This document shows, piece after piece, positions 1-8,999 of a stretch of 32,000 bases of DNA; within the stretch, counting starts at the first letter, position 1, and each line of letters starts with the position of its first letter. Location: the NCBI RefSeq assembly GCF_900232105.1, contig NZ_LT934425.1:1320001-1352000 (forward strand). The letters run 5' to 3'. A program made the position numbers and the translations under genes. The DNA is from Candidatus Kuenenia stuttgartensis (lineage in GTDB: Bacteria > Planctomycetota > Brocadiia > Brocadiales > Brocadiaceae). The notes below the pieces were generated by a model. The model was not told the origin of the DNA. It searched no databases and saw only the letters and a list, made by a program, of their open reading frames with translations.

Positions 1-162
1 ACTATTATCAGGCTCCCCAGGCATACCATAAACTTCGTGTGGTACCCAGTGAGTGATAATTTCTACAGCCTTGGCTTCTTTCACCATAAGGCTTGAAACA
101 GTACCTATAACGCCACAACCAATCAACGCTGATGCCAATGTAACTTTCAAAAATTTACGCAT
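1..162 (-). CDS. N-terminus (54 aa, runs off the window) of an anammox octaheme hydroxylamine oxidoreductase / hydrazine dehydrogenase family protein
   Basis: Reverse-strand translation from ATG at 162-160: MRKFLKVTLASALIGCGVIGTVSSLMVKEAKAVEIITHWVPHEVYGMPGEPDNS. It has a signal peptide, AKA cleavage and the HWVPHEVYGMPGEPDNS mature N-terminus recognised from Kuenenia HAO-like enzymes. SD AAGGAG lies just upstream. Not in the supplied ORF track because it is edge-truncated. Confidence 0.75.
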   Translation of the reverse strand, partial: MRKFLKVTLASALIGCGVIGTVSSLMVKEAKAVEIITHWVPHEVYGMPGEPDNS

Positions 163-316
163 GATACTTCTCCTTTACAAAAATTCCTGTGTGGAATTAA
201 TTATCTCAACAAAAATTTTTTACAAAAAACTAATATTATCAGGCATTGCGACAATCACCCCCTTACAAAAAGAACTTACACCTTTTTAAGAAAAGACTTT
301 CGGTATCGGAAAATAG

Positions 317-523
317 TTAAAAAGTATCCCAGCATTTTTTACAAATTTTAAAAGATAAAAATCTTTCATTCACGAACTTAAGCATTTTATTAAAAAAAAA
401 CATTGCGCTGGTTACACTGAACGCTATTAATACGTAAATAACAATTGGCGTTAAAAAGAAGCTGGAAATTATCAGGAATAGAAGCTTTAGTGTTCTGCAA
501 GACGATGTCGTTGTAATCATCAT
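317..523 (-). CDS. possible small hydrophobic membrane protein in the leader of the HAO-like gene
   Basis: ORF with likely ATG at 523 or 520 (supplied start is GTG at 529). SD-like AAGAAAGGG upstream; hydrophobic LLFLIISSFFLTPIVIYVLIAF segment. Low complexity; could be spurious. Confidence 0.3.
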   Translation of the reverse strand: MMITTTSSCRTLKLLFLIISSFFLTPIVIYVLIAFSVTSAMFFFNKMLKFVNERFLSFKICKKCWDTF

Positions 524-594
524 ATACACCCTTTCTTAATTGATTTTTACAAATAGAGTTGTCTGAAAAATTACTTAATCTGTATTTTTAAATA

Positions 595-609
595 ACAATC
601 GTTGTGCCA
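595..609 (-). promoter_or_regulatory. sigma54 (-24/-12) promoter candidate pointing toward the HAO-like gene
   Basis: Minus strand reads TGGCAC-AACGA-TTGT(T), against consensus TGGCAC-N5-TTGC(W), with correct GG/G spacing. Predicted start is about position 583. Confidence 0.55.
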
Positions 610-862
610 ATGGCATCAAAAATCCGTATATCCTTTTGTTTAGGCAAATTACGGCTTATACGATTACAAACAACGCCCTTCATGATACGTAGGTGCTTAC
701 GATAATTCGTTATTATTTACGGGATTTAATAAACATAAATAAATTGACGTTCAAGCAAATCCAAAATATTATAATCCAATTGAAAAACCGGTATGTTTTT
801 GGAGTATTAACGATAGTGTGGAAAATGCATTGTTTTCGGATAAATAAAGGTTTATTAAAAAT

Positions 863-2485
863 ATGAATTTGGAATTCTTCCAATCTATCGCTATTTCCGT
901 ATCAAACGAACGTTCATTGGATGTGGTTTTTCGTAATATTGTAAATGGGCTTGCTGAAGACTCTAATGTTGTGCTTGCCAGGATTTGGCTCATTGCCCCT
1001 GGTGACATATGTCATACATGTTATTGGCGGAAGGGGTGTCCGGATCAAACTAAATGTTTGCATCTGGTTGCAAGCAATGGAAGATCACTCTATAGTGAAA
1101 AATGGCCAACGTCTATTAAAGGACGTTATAAACGATTTCCCCTTTACACGTATTCCCGGAAAAATGTTAGCGCCTCAGGGAAAATAGGCTATATAGGTGG
1201 AACCGGAAATGCTGTTTTACGCAATGATATCTATGAAAATCCGGATTGGTTATTGGACACTGAATGGGCGCAAAGAGAAAAAATAGCAAGTTTTGATGGG
1301 CAGCCGTTGGTGTTTCGAAATGAAACACTTGGTGTGCTTGCGCTTTTCAGCAGAAAAGAGTTGGATCAGGCATTGTTGATCATGCTCAGGACTTTTGCTT
1401 CGAACGCTGCCGCTGCCATCGCCAATGCAAGAGCATTTGAAGAAATAGAACAATTACATCAACAGTTGGAACTGGAAAATGAGTATCTCAGAGATGAAAT
1501 CAAAGAAGCATATTCATTTGCGGATATTGTTGGCCAAGGTTCATCCTTACAAAAAACACTCCAACAAATAGAACTTGTGGCGCCAACTAACGCAACGGTT
1601 CTCATAAAAGGTGAAACCGGTACCGGAAAAGAACTTATTGCCCTGGCGATTCATCAACGTAGCAAACGAAAAAATAACCCGCTTATTAAAGTTAATTGTG
1701 CTTCAATCCCGAAGGAACTTTTTGAAAGTGAGTTTTTTGGACATATAAAAGGCGCTTTTACCGGGGCAATTAAGGACAGGGTTGGTCGTTTTCAACTTGC
1801 TGACGGAGGAACTATTTTCCTTGATGAAGTGGGAGAAATACCAATAGAGTTACAAGGCAAATTGCTTCGGGTGCTTCAGGAAGGGGAATATGAGATTATC
1901 GGAGAGGGAAAGACTCGTCGTGTTGATGTAAGGGTTATCGCCGCAACCAACAGAAATCTGGAAAAGGAGATGGAATCAAAACAGTTTCGGCAGGATCTTT
2001 ATTTTCGTTTAAGCGTCTTTCCTCTTGAAATAGACCCTCTTCGTAAGAGAAAAGAAGATATACCTCTCCTGGCAAGACATTTTTTGAAGCAAAACTGCCG
2101 GAGTATTGGATTTAAAGAATTATTTCTGAAGAAAGAGCAGATTCTGCAACTTCAGAGTTATGATTGGCCAGGGAATATACGCGAACTGCAAAATGTTATT
2201 GAACGTGCAGTTATTTTATCAAGGGGTGGGGAGTTAAAATTAGATTTGCCGGAAGTATATATTATTAAAAAACCACCAAACCTCCCACAGCGTATTAAAT
2301 CTTCCGGAGAACCCGGTGAGGTAATGACATCCGATGAATTGAAGTCTTTGGAAAAGGAAAATATTCTTGCCGCACTTATTAAAACAAATTGGAAAATTTC
2401 CGGGGCTGGAGGTGCGGCGGAACTTCTCGGAATGAAATCTACAACCCTATCATCTAAAATTAAAGCATTTGGGATTCAGAGGTGA
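863..2485 (+). CDS. sigma54-dependent transcriptional activator (GAF - AAA+ - Fis-type HTH), no receiver domain
   Basis: Walker A GETGTGKE; GAFTGA loop (GHIKGAFTGAIKDRVGRF); GGTIFLDEVGE; RQDLYFRLSVFPLEIDPLRKRKEDIPLL; C-terminal HTH. N-terminal GAF-like region with Cys cluster CHTC-x5-C-x5-C. Confidence 0.93.
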   Translation: MNLEFFQSIAISVSNERSLDVVFRNIVNGLAEDSNVVLARIWLIAPGDICHTCYWRKGCPDQTKCLHLVASNGRSLYSEKWPTSIKGRYKRFPLYTYSRKNVSASGKIGYIGGTGNAVLRNDIYENPDWLLDTEWAQREKIASFDGQPLVFRNETLGVLALFSRKELDQALLIMLRTFASNAAAAIANARAFEEIEQLHQQLELENEYLRDEIKEAYSFADIVGQGSSLQKTLQQIELVAPTNATVLIKGETGTGKELIALAIHQRSKRKNNPLIKVNCASIPKELFESEFFGHIKGAFTGAIKDRVGRFQLADGGTIFLDEVGEIPIELQGKLLRVLQEGEYEIIGEGKTRRVDVRVIAATNRNLEKEMESKQFRQDLYFRLSVFPLEIDPLRKRKEDIPLLARHFLKQNCRSIGFKELFLKKEQILQLQSYDWPGNIRELQNVIERAVILSRGGELKLDLPEVYIIKKPPNLPQRIKSSGEPGEVMTSDELKSLEKENILAALIKTNWKISGAGGAAELLGMKSTTLSSKIKAFGIQR

Positions 2486-2608
2486 CCTTAATATTCAGGG
2501 GACACCATACTTAATTATTGATGAGATATTTATTGGGGATTGGAGGGGCGCTTCCCATATTTTTCGATATGCACGTTAAGGTGTGATTTTTTTCTCTGTA
2601 TGCCCTGT

Positions 2609-3030
2609 ATGCCAAAAAAAATAGCAAGAGTATGCGCTGTAAATTATCCGCACCATATCACCCAGCATGGAAACAATGGGGGAGACGTCTTTTTTGATGA
2701 CGAAGATAAGGCGTTTTATCTAAAGATCCTCCGTTGCTATAGTAAAAAATTGGGTTTGGATATTTGGGCATCCTGTCTATGACAAACCACATCCATATAC
2801 TTGTGACGCCTGAACAAGAAGAATCCCTTGCCAGAGGGATAGGCGGGACAAATCTGGTATACACACAATACATAAACCGCAAATATAAAAGAAGCGGCAG
2901 GCTATGGCAGAGTCGCTTTTATTCCACGATAATAGAAAAAATGCCATACTTATGGACGGTGATAAGATACATAGAACGAAATCCAGTAAAAGACGGGCTT
3001 GTAAAAAAGGCAGAGCCTACCTGCTTATAG
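2609..3030 (+). pseudogene. REP-associated tyrosine transposase (RAYT / Y1_Tnp, COG1943-like), frameshifted and C-terminally short
   Basis: MPKKIARVCAVNYPHHITQHGNNGGDVFF in one frame, then MTNHIHILVTPEQEESLARGIGGTNLVYTQYINRKYKRSGRLWQSRFYS in another. The break is near 2780, where LDIWAsCL(*) and MTNHIHIL are joined by an apparent 1-nt deletion. Confidence 0.85.
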
Positions 3031-3068
3031 GCATTACTTCAGATTAAGAAAGGCGCTGGGAGGTTACG

Positions 3069-4817
3069 ATGGTTAAGGCAAAACATGATGTTGCTGTTCT
3101 TGAAAAATGCCCGACGGGCATCAGGGGTCTCGATGAGATCACGAAGGGAGGGCTTCCGAGAGGCAGGACAACCCTGATCTGCGGCGGTGCGGGTTCCGGC
3201 AAAACACTTTTCGCCATGGAGTTTCTCATGCGAGGCGTCAGGGATTACGGAGAACCCGGGGTCTTCATGAGCTTCGAGGAGACGCCGGAGGATCTCGCGA
3301 AGAACTTTGTCTCACTCGGTTTTGATCTCCCGGACATGATGTCGCGTGGTCTCATCGCAACGGACCACGTCAAAATCGAGCGAAGTGAGGTTGAAGAGAC
3401 GGGTGAATACGACCTGGAAGGATTGTTCATCCGCCTGGGCAGCGCCATTGATTCCATCGGCGCGAAGCGGGTTGTCCTGGATACCATAGAAGCGCTTTTC
3501 TCCGGGTTGTCTAATGCCGCTATCATTCGGGCAGAGCTTCGCCGGCTTTTTCACTGGTTGAAAGAGCGCGGTGTGACGGCCATCGTCACGGGGGAAAGCG
3601 GCGACAAGATGCTGACACGTTACGGGCTCGAAGAATACGTCGCCGATTGCGTGATCTTCCTCGACTTTCGCATCGAGGAGCAAATTTCTACCCGTCGCCT
3701 GCGTATTGTCAAGTACCGCGGCTCGTCTCACGGCTCCGATGAGTATCCTTTCCTGATAGACGAGAGCGGCGTTTCTATCCTGCCAATCACTTCCCTGGGG
3801 CTCGACTACCCCGTTTCCACGGAGCGCATCTCCACTGGCATCCCCAAGTTGGATGCCATGCTTGACGGGAAGGGGTACTACCGGGGCAGTACCATCCTCG
3901 TATCAGGTACAGCGGGTACAGGCAAAACAAGTTTGTCTGCTGCCTTTGCCGATGCCGCTTGCCGGCGAGGTGAGCGCTGTCTCTATTTTGCTTTCGAGGA
4001 ATCGCCCAGCCAGATCATCAGGAACATGGGTTCAATCGGCATGAATCTCGCCCGGTGGGTGAAGAAGGGGCTTCTCAAGTTTCATTCAGCCCGGCCTTCG
4101 CTTTACGGCCTTGAGATGCATCTTGTCACCTTCCACAAGGTGATCAATGAGTTCAATCCCCAGGTTTTCATTGTAGACCCGATCAGCAACCTGAGCGCTG
4201 CGGGAAAAGCATCGGAGGTTAAATCCATATTAACGCGCCTGATCGACTATTTGAAAATGAAAAAGATATCTACTTTCCTTACCGACCTCACCCATTTTGG
4301 AGGCAGCCTTGAACACACAAGCGAGGAGATATCCTCTCTGATCGATACATGGCTTCTCCTCCGGGATATCGAACTCAATGGTGAACGCAACCGGGGCATC
4401 TACATTTTGAAGTCACGCGGCATGGCCCACTCCAACCAGATTCAGGAGTTCCTGCTCACGAACCAGGGCATTGACCTTATCGATATCTATACCGGTCTTG
4501 GCGAGGTATTAACCGGCAGTGCCAGGGCCTCCCAGGAAGCCAGGGAAAAGGCCGCTGAGTTGGTACGCCGGCATGAGGCGGATCGCAGGTTCCGCGAGCA
4601 GGAGTGCAAGAGGAATGTCCTGGAAACAAAAATCGCAGCCCTCCGTGCCGAGTTTGATGCGGAATCTGAAGAGTTGCATTTGATGGCGGAAGGAGAGCGA
4701 AAAAGACAAGCTGTTCTGGCAGAAGGTCGTTTAGAAATGGCGCATCTTCGCAAGGAGGGGACATTCAGCAGTCCGGCGAAGCGCTCGAAAAAAAAGAGAG
4801 AAAGGAGGGTAAAGTGA
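3069..4817 (+). CDS. kaiC: KaiC-family dual RecA-like ATPase (582 aa) with a basic coiled-coil C-terminal extension
   Basis: Two P-loops ([16 protein letters not shown]); catalytic Glu pairs [10 protein letters not shown] and [10 protein letters not shown]; CII motif [14 protein letters not shown] aligning with the phosphosite region. SD GGGAGG upstream. Confidence 0.93.
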   Translation: MVKAKHDVAVLEKCPTGIRGLDEITKGGLPRGRTTLICGGAGSGKTLFAMEFLMRGVRDYGEPGVFMSFEETPEDLAKNFVSLGFDLPDMMSRGLIATDHVKIERSEVEETGEYDLEGLFIRLGSAIDSIGAKRVVLDTIEALFSGLSNAAIIRAELRRLFHWLKERGVTAIVTGESGDKMLTRYGLEEYVADCVIFLDFRIEEQISTRRLRIVKYRGSSHGSDEYPFLIDESGVSILPITSLGLDYPVSTERISTGIPKLDAMLDGKGYYRGSTILVSGTAGTGKTSLSAAFADAACRRGERCLYFAFEESPSQIIRNMGSIGMNLARWVKKGLLKFHSARPSLYGLEMHLVTFHKVINEFNPQVFIVDPISNLSAAGKASEVKSILTRLIDYLKMKKISTFLTDLTHFGGSLEHTSEEISSLIDTWLLLRDIELNGERNRGIYILKSRGMAHSNQIQEFLLTNQGIDLIDIYTGLGEVLTGSARASQEAREKAAELVRRHEADRRFREQECKRNVLETKIAALRAEFDAESEELHLMAEGERKRQAVLAEGRLEMAHLRKEGTFSSPAKRSKKKRERRVK

Positions 4818-5149
4818 AAGCTGTCTCATCAGGAAAGAGGAAGAAAGCAAAGACCGATTTTACGGAAGGGGTCTGGAATCTCCGGTTGTATGTAGCCGGT
4901 CAGACCCCGAAATCAATTACGGCCTTTGCTAATTTAAAGAGGATCTGCGAAGAGCACCTTGCGGGTAAATACTGCATTGAAGTGATAGACCTTTTAAAGA
5001 ATCCTCTGCTTGCTAAAGGTGACCAGATTATTGCCATACCTACACTGGTAAGGAAGCTCCCTGAACCGCTTAAAAAGATTATCGGAGATCTGGCTAACAC
5101 AGAGCGCGTGCTGGTGGGACTCGACATTCGTTCTGTCTCCGGAGGATAA
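4814..5149 (+). CDS. kaiB: KaiB-like thioredoxin-fold protein (first copy)
   Basis: [84 protein letters not shown] closely resembles KaiB (LYVAGnTPnS, VIDvlKNPqLAe, TPTL, IGDLSnrekVLIGLD). ATG overlaps the kaiC stop by 4 nt. Confidence 0.93.
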   Translation: MKAVSSGKRKKAKTDFTEGVWNLRLYVAGQTPKSITAFANLKRICEEHLAGKYCIEVIDLLKNPLLAKGDQIIAIPTLVRKLPEPLKKIIGDLANTERVLVGLDIRSVSGG

Positions 5150-5278
5150 AATCAACCCTTCGACTATCTCCGGTCTCAAGCCCGGGGTTTGCTCAGGGTT
5201 GATACGGATCGGCACTTTTACCTCGTCCTGAAGGCCGGGGCTTGGCAACGTCGAAGTATCAATTTTGGAGTAACAGCC

Positions 5279-5638
5279 ATGGAGAGGAACAGAGGTAAAA
5301 CGAGCACTGAGAAATTCGAAAAAGCGGCGACGAAGTTAGGCCAGGCAAAGCACGTTTTTCGGCTGTATGTTACAGGGATGACCCCAAAGTCAACCCGGGC
5401 AATCGCCAATGTCCGGAAACTCTGCGAGACATACCTGGCAGGGCGCTACGAACTCAACGTGATAGACATCTACCAGCAGCCCAATCTGGCCAAGGAAGAG
5501 CAGATTATCGCCACCCCAACGCTCATCAAAAAACTCCCACTGCCATTCCGGAGGTTTATCGGCGACATGTCGGATACGGAAAGGTTTCTTGCAGGCATAG
5601 GTCTGGAACCCAAAGAATTCATGAGTACGAACCAATGA
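5279..5638 (+). CDS. KaiB-like protein (second, divergent copy)
   Basis: [84 protein letters not shown]. The preferred ATG is 5279 with SD GGAG rather than the upstream start at 5189. Confidence 0.92.
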   Translation: MERNRGKTSTEKFEKAATKLGQAKHVFRLYVTGMTPKSTRAIANVRKLCETYLAGRYELNVIDIYQQPNLAKEEQIIATPTLIKKLPLPFRRFIGDMSDTERFLAGIGLEPKEFMSTNQ

Positions 5639-7614
5639 GCAAATCGTATAGAACACGACAACAACTTTTGGATGAGTTGCAGGAACTTACGTCGCGGATG
5701 ATGGAAGCGGAGGAAACTCTGCGCGCTATCCGGGGCGGTGAGGTGGATGGACTGGTTGTCTCAACGGCGGAAGGAGAGCGGGTCTTTACACTATCGGGCG
5801 CCGAGCATCCTTACAGAGTCATGGTCGAAACCATGAACGAAGGGGCCGTCACTCTGGCCTCCGACGGCACGATCCTTTTCTGTAACCAACGTTTTGCAGA
5901 TATCGTCCAAAGATCTCTGGGAAAAGTAATGGGATCTTCAATCTACCAATACATTTCATCAACAGACCGCCAATTATTTGAGGCATTGGTTGAGCGGGGT
6001 TTGAAGGGGAACAGTAAGGCGGAACTGGCCTTGCAGACCGGAGGTGAAAATACTGCACCTGCCTTACTTTCCATAAGCACCCTTCAGCACACGGATATGC
6101 CCGCTGTGGTGTGCATGGTGGTTACCGACCTGACGGAACAAAAGCGCAATGAGGAGATGTTGGCGGAGGAAAAACTGACAACTCAAATCCTCAATCAAGC
6201 TGCGGAAATATTTGTTCTCTGTGACCCCCAGGGCCGTATACTCCGTGCAAGTCAGTCGACCAGTAGTCTCTTCGGTAGAAGCCCACTCTTCCAGGTGTTT
6301 GACGAGGCATTTCACCTCCTCTATCCAGACGGGATGCCATTTATCCTTCTCCCTGCAATGAGTGGCAAATTCCTTCACGCGGTTGAGGTCAATTTCAAGC
6401 ATGGGGACAACGAGACTTATTCTTTTCTGTTGAGCGCAAACCCACTTATTACTCATAAAGGCGCCATCGGTATTGTTGTCGTAATGGTGGACATCACCGA
6501 GCGCAGGAAGATGGAAGACTCACGGCAAAAAGACCATGACAAACTCGAGCAGCAGGTGGAGGAGCGGACTCTCGAACTTCGGACGGCTCTTTCTGAAATA
6601 AAAACATTGAAAGACCGACTCGAGGCCGAGAATATTTACTTACGTCACGAGAACAAAAGGAGACATCACTTTGCCCAAATTCTTGGGCAAAGCGATAGTC
6701 TCAAGTATGTTCTCTATCGCGCGGAACAAGTTGCCCCCACGAATGCAACTGTCCTCATCCTTGGTGAGACCGGTACGGGGAAGGAGTTGATCGCTTTCGC
6801 CATCCATGACATGAGCCCCCGCAAGGAACGCCCCATGATCACGGTCAACTGTGCTGCCCTGCCGGGCAATTTAATTGAGAGCGAATTATTCGGCCGGGAG
6901 AAGGGGGCATTTACCGGGGCTGATACCCGGCGGATCGGCCGGTTCGAGGTCGCCAATGGTTCCACCCTTTGCCTGGACGAGATCGGGGAGCTGCCGCTGG
7001 AGTTGCAGGCAAAGCTACTCCGGGTGATTCAGCATAACGAGTTTGAGCGCCTGGGGTCGCCCCATACCATCAAAGTTGATGTACGGATAGTGGCAACGAC
7101 CAATCGAAACCTTGAGGAAGAGATCCGCAATGGCCGTTTCCGGCAGGACCTTTACTATCGGCTCAACGTCTTCCCCATCACTGTCCCACCACTGCGGCAG
7201 CGGAAAGAAGACATCCCTCTGATGGTACACGCCTTCGTAGAGCGATACTCCAGGAAATTGGGCAAACAGATCACGTCGATCCAGAAGGAGGCGATGAAGG
7301 CGCTGCAGGATTATCCATGGCCTGGGAACGTCCGGGAGCTGGAGAGCATCATTGAGCGAGCCGTGATCTTGTGCCCCGGGCCGGTTTTGCAACTTGCAGA
7401 TAAACTGGAGATTTCATCGCCCGCATTTTCATCCACCGTGAGGACATTGGAAGAGACGGAGCGAGACCAAATTCTTAAAATCCTTTCTGAAACCCGATGG
7501 CGCATCGAGGGAAAGAACGGGGCCGCAGCGATTCTGGGCATCCACCCGAGTACCTTAAGAGCGAGGATGCATAAACTCGGGATAGTCCGGCCGGAGACAA
7601 AAGAACCCAATTAG
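5635..7614 (+). CDS. PAS-PAS-coiled coil-AAA+(sigma54 interaction)-HTH transcriptional activator
   Basis: PAS-like [25 protein letters not shown]; second PAS ending [15 protein letters not shown]; Walker A GETGTGKE; GAFTGA loop ([18 protein letters not shown]); [20 protein letters not shown]; [28 protein letters not shown] overlaps the upstream kaiB stop by 4 nt. Confidence 0.93.
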   Translation: MSKSYRTRQQLLDELQELTSRMMEAEETLRAIRGGEVDGLVVSTAEGERVFTLSGAEHPYRVMVETMNEGAVTLASDGTILFCNQRFADIVQRSLGKVMGSSIYQYISSTDRQLFEALVERGLKGNSKAELALQTGGENTAPALLSISTLQHTDMPAVVCMVVTDLTEQKRNEEMLAEEKLTTQILNQAAEIFVLCDPQGRILRASQSTSSLFGRSPLFQVFDEAFHLLYPDGMPFILLPAMSGKFLHAVEVNFKHGDNETYSFLLSANPLITHKGAIGIVVVMVDITERRKMEDSRQKDHDKLEQQVEERTLELRTALSEIKTLKDRLEAENIYLRHENKRRHHFAQILGQSDSLKYVLYRAEQVAPTNATVLILGETGTGKELIAFAIHDMSPRKERPMITVNCAALPGNLIESELFGREKGAFTGADTRRIGRFEVANGSTLCLDEIGELPLELQAKLLRVIQHNEFERLGSPHTIKVDVRIVATTNRNLEEEIRNGRFRQDLYYRLNVFPITVPPLRQRKEDIPLMVHAFVERYSRKLGKQITSIQKEAMKALQDYPWPGNVRELESIIERAVILCPGPVLQLADKLEISSPAFSSTVRTLEETERDQILKILSETRWRIEGKNGAAAILGIHPSTLRARMHKLGIVRPETKEPN

Positions 7615-7773
7615 ATTGTCCACCTCTCCACAAGGTATCCCTCAACATGTTGATGTCCCGCCAAATATTGAGGCTAAACGAATCATTTCATACTTTTCTG
7701 CCGTCCTCTACTATTAACCTAACCCCCTTGTTATTAAAGGATTAATCCACACTTCATATTTTCCATCGGCTAT

Positions 7774-7788
7774 TGGCAGACCATTTGC
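7774..7788 (+). promoter_or_regulatory. sigma54-like promoter candidate at the head of the stress island
   Basis: TGGCAG-ACCAT-TTGC has correct -24/-12 spacing and one mismatch in TGGCAC. Caveat: the same bases also form a hairpin, CTATTGGCA-N7-TGCCAGTAG. Confidence 0.35.
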
Positions 7789-7801
7789 CAGTAGTATCCT
7801 T

Positions 7802-8134
7802 ATGATCCTCTTAAGCATACGAATGAATGTCCTTTCAGAGAAGCGCCTGGAGTTGTCACAGACGATCGCGTCACTATCCGGTTTCATAAGGATGGAGAAG
7901 GGATGCGAGAGCTGCGACTTCTACCAGAGTATCGAGGATGAAAATCGACTCTTTCTTCTTGAAGAATGGGATACCCGGAAGAACCTTATGGCCCACCTGA
8001 AGTCGGAACGTTTTAAGGTGATCCGGGGAGCGATGTGCCTTCTCAGAGAGCCTTATGAAATGATGTTCCACGCCGTTTTTCACCCGAAAGGGATGGAGGA
8101 GATTTACCCGAAGATCGGACGATCGTGCGACTGA
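7802..8134 (+). CDS. antibiotic biosynthesis monooxygenase (ABM / YgiN-like) domain protein
   Basis: ABM-like architecture: MNVLSEKRLELSQTIASLSGFIRMEKGCESCDFYQSIEDENRLFLLEEWDTRKNLMAHLKSERF. True start may be ATG at 7823. Confidence 0.75.
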   Translation: MILLSIRMNVLSEKRLELSQTIASLSGFIRMEKGCESCDFYQSIEDENRLFLLEEWDTRKNLMAHLKSERFKVIRGAMCLLREPYEMMFHAVFHPKGMEEIYPKIGRSCD

Positions 8135-8274
8135 GTAGGATTGGCGAAGGGATCCTGGCCGGAAGATTGACGTGTGTCCGGGGAAGAGAATTTTTGCATA
8201 GCCAGCAGTTTAATTACGGGGAAGACTGGGGGCAGAGTGCCAGCAGTCAAACCGAAAACAAAAGGAGGAATACC

Positions 8275-8454
8275 ATGAAATCCAGTACGAATGACCAGGT
8301 AGAAGGCAAGTTTCACAAAGTGAAGGGCAAGATCAAGGAGATAGCCGGGAAAGTCAGTGAGAATCCCGGGTTGGAAGCCGAAGGCAAAGACGAAAAGAGA
8401 GCCGGTAAAGTTCAGGAAAAGATCGGCCAGGTCAAGAAAGTCATGGGGAAGTAA
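8275..8454 (+). CDS. CsbD-family stress protein
   Basis: MKSSTNDQVEGKFHKVKGKIKEIAGKVSENPGLEAEGKDEKRAGKVQEKIGQVKKVMGK. SD AGGAGG upstream. The supplied ORF is over-extended at the 5' end. Confidence 0.88.
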   Translation: MKSSTNDQVEGKFHKVKGKIKEIAGKVSENPGLEAEGKDEKRAGKVQEKIGQVKKVMGK

Positions 8455-8605
8455 GAGTGCGGCGCGTATCATGCGTCGTCACACCTTTGAAGCCGCGGAT
8501 GAGGTCGGATAGACGTTGATACCATTATACCGCTGGAGGGTAAGGGAAGGCATTACACCCATCATTTCAGCGAAGTTCTTTATATTGTTATCATGAGGAG
8601 AAATT

Positions 8606-8929
8606 ATGGATAAAACAAATTTGATCAAGCGTTTTTTTGCAGTACTTTTTTTGGTTGGGTGGATTGCCGGCAGTCCAGGCTGTGCAGGTACCTCAACGCG
8701 TGAAAGCGTAGGGGAATATGTCGATAGTTCTGTTCTTACGTCCAAGGTTAAGGCGGCAATATTTAATGATCCTATGCTTAAGGTGCTCCAGATCAATGTT
8801 GAAACTTTCAAGGATGTCGTGCAGTTAAGCGGCTTCGTGGATTCCCCGGAGGCTGCTGCCAGGGCAGTGGAAGTAGCGAGATCTGTAGAGGGCGTCAGAG
8901 CTGTTGAAAACAAAATGTCCGTGAAATGA
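8606..8929 (+). CDS. BON-domain lipoprotein
   Basis: Lipobox-like GSPGCAG after a hydrophobic segment; BON pattern LTSKVKAAIFNDPMLKVLQINVETFKDVVQLSGFVDSPEAAARAVEVARSVEGVRAVENKM. Confidence 0.88.
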   Translation: MDKTNLIKRFFAVLFLVGWIAGSPGCAGTSTRESVGEYVDSSVLTSKVKAAIFNDPMLKVLQINVETFKDVVQLSGFVDSPEAAARAVEVARSVEGVRAVENKMSVK

Positions 8930-8999
8930 ACGGGCGAAAAGCAAATGTATCCTGGAATGTACTTTACTTTAATCTTCTTTTTTCAACGGGAGAACGAAT

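Noticed and set aside
53-289. 78-aa plus-strand ORF at the left edge
   Set aside because: Overlaps the minus-strand HAO-like coding start and its SD, which has far stronger support.
5151-5203. ATCAACCCT...AGGGTTGAT inverted repeat between the two kaiB genes as a riboswitch or attenuator
   Set aside because: Only 9-bp arms with a 35-nt spacer and no T-run; not enough to call without covariation.
8125-8274. 5' extension of the CsbD ORF
   Set aside because: It overlaps the previous gene's stop, and the sequence before 8275 lacks homology; AGGAGG precedes the ATG at 8275.
8479-8913. 144-aa minus-strand ORF
   Set aside because: Lies antisense to the well-supported BON-domain lipoprotein; no RBS or domain signature.
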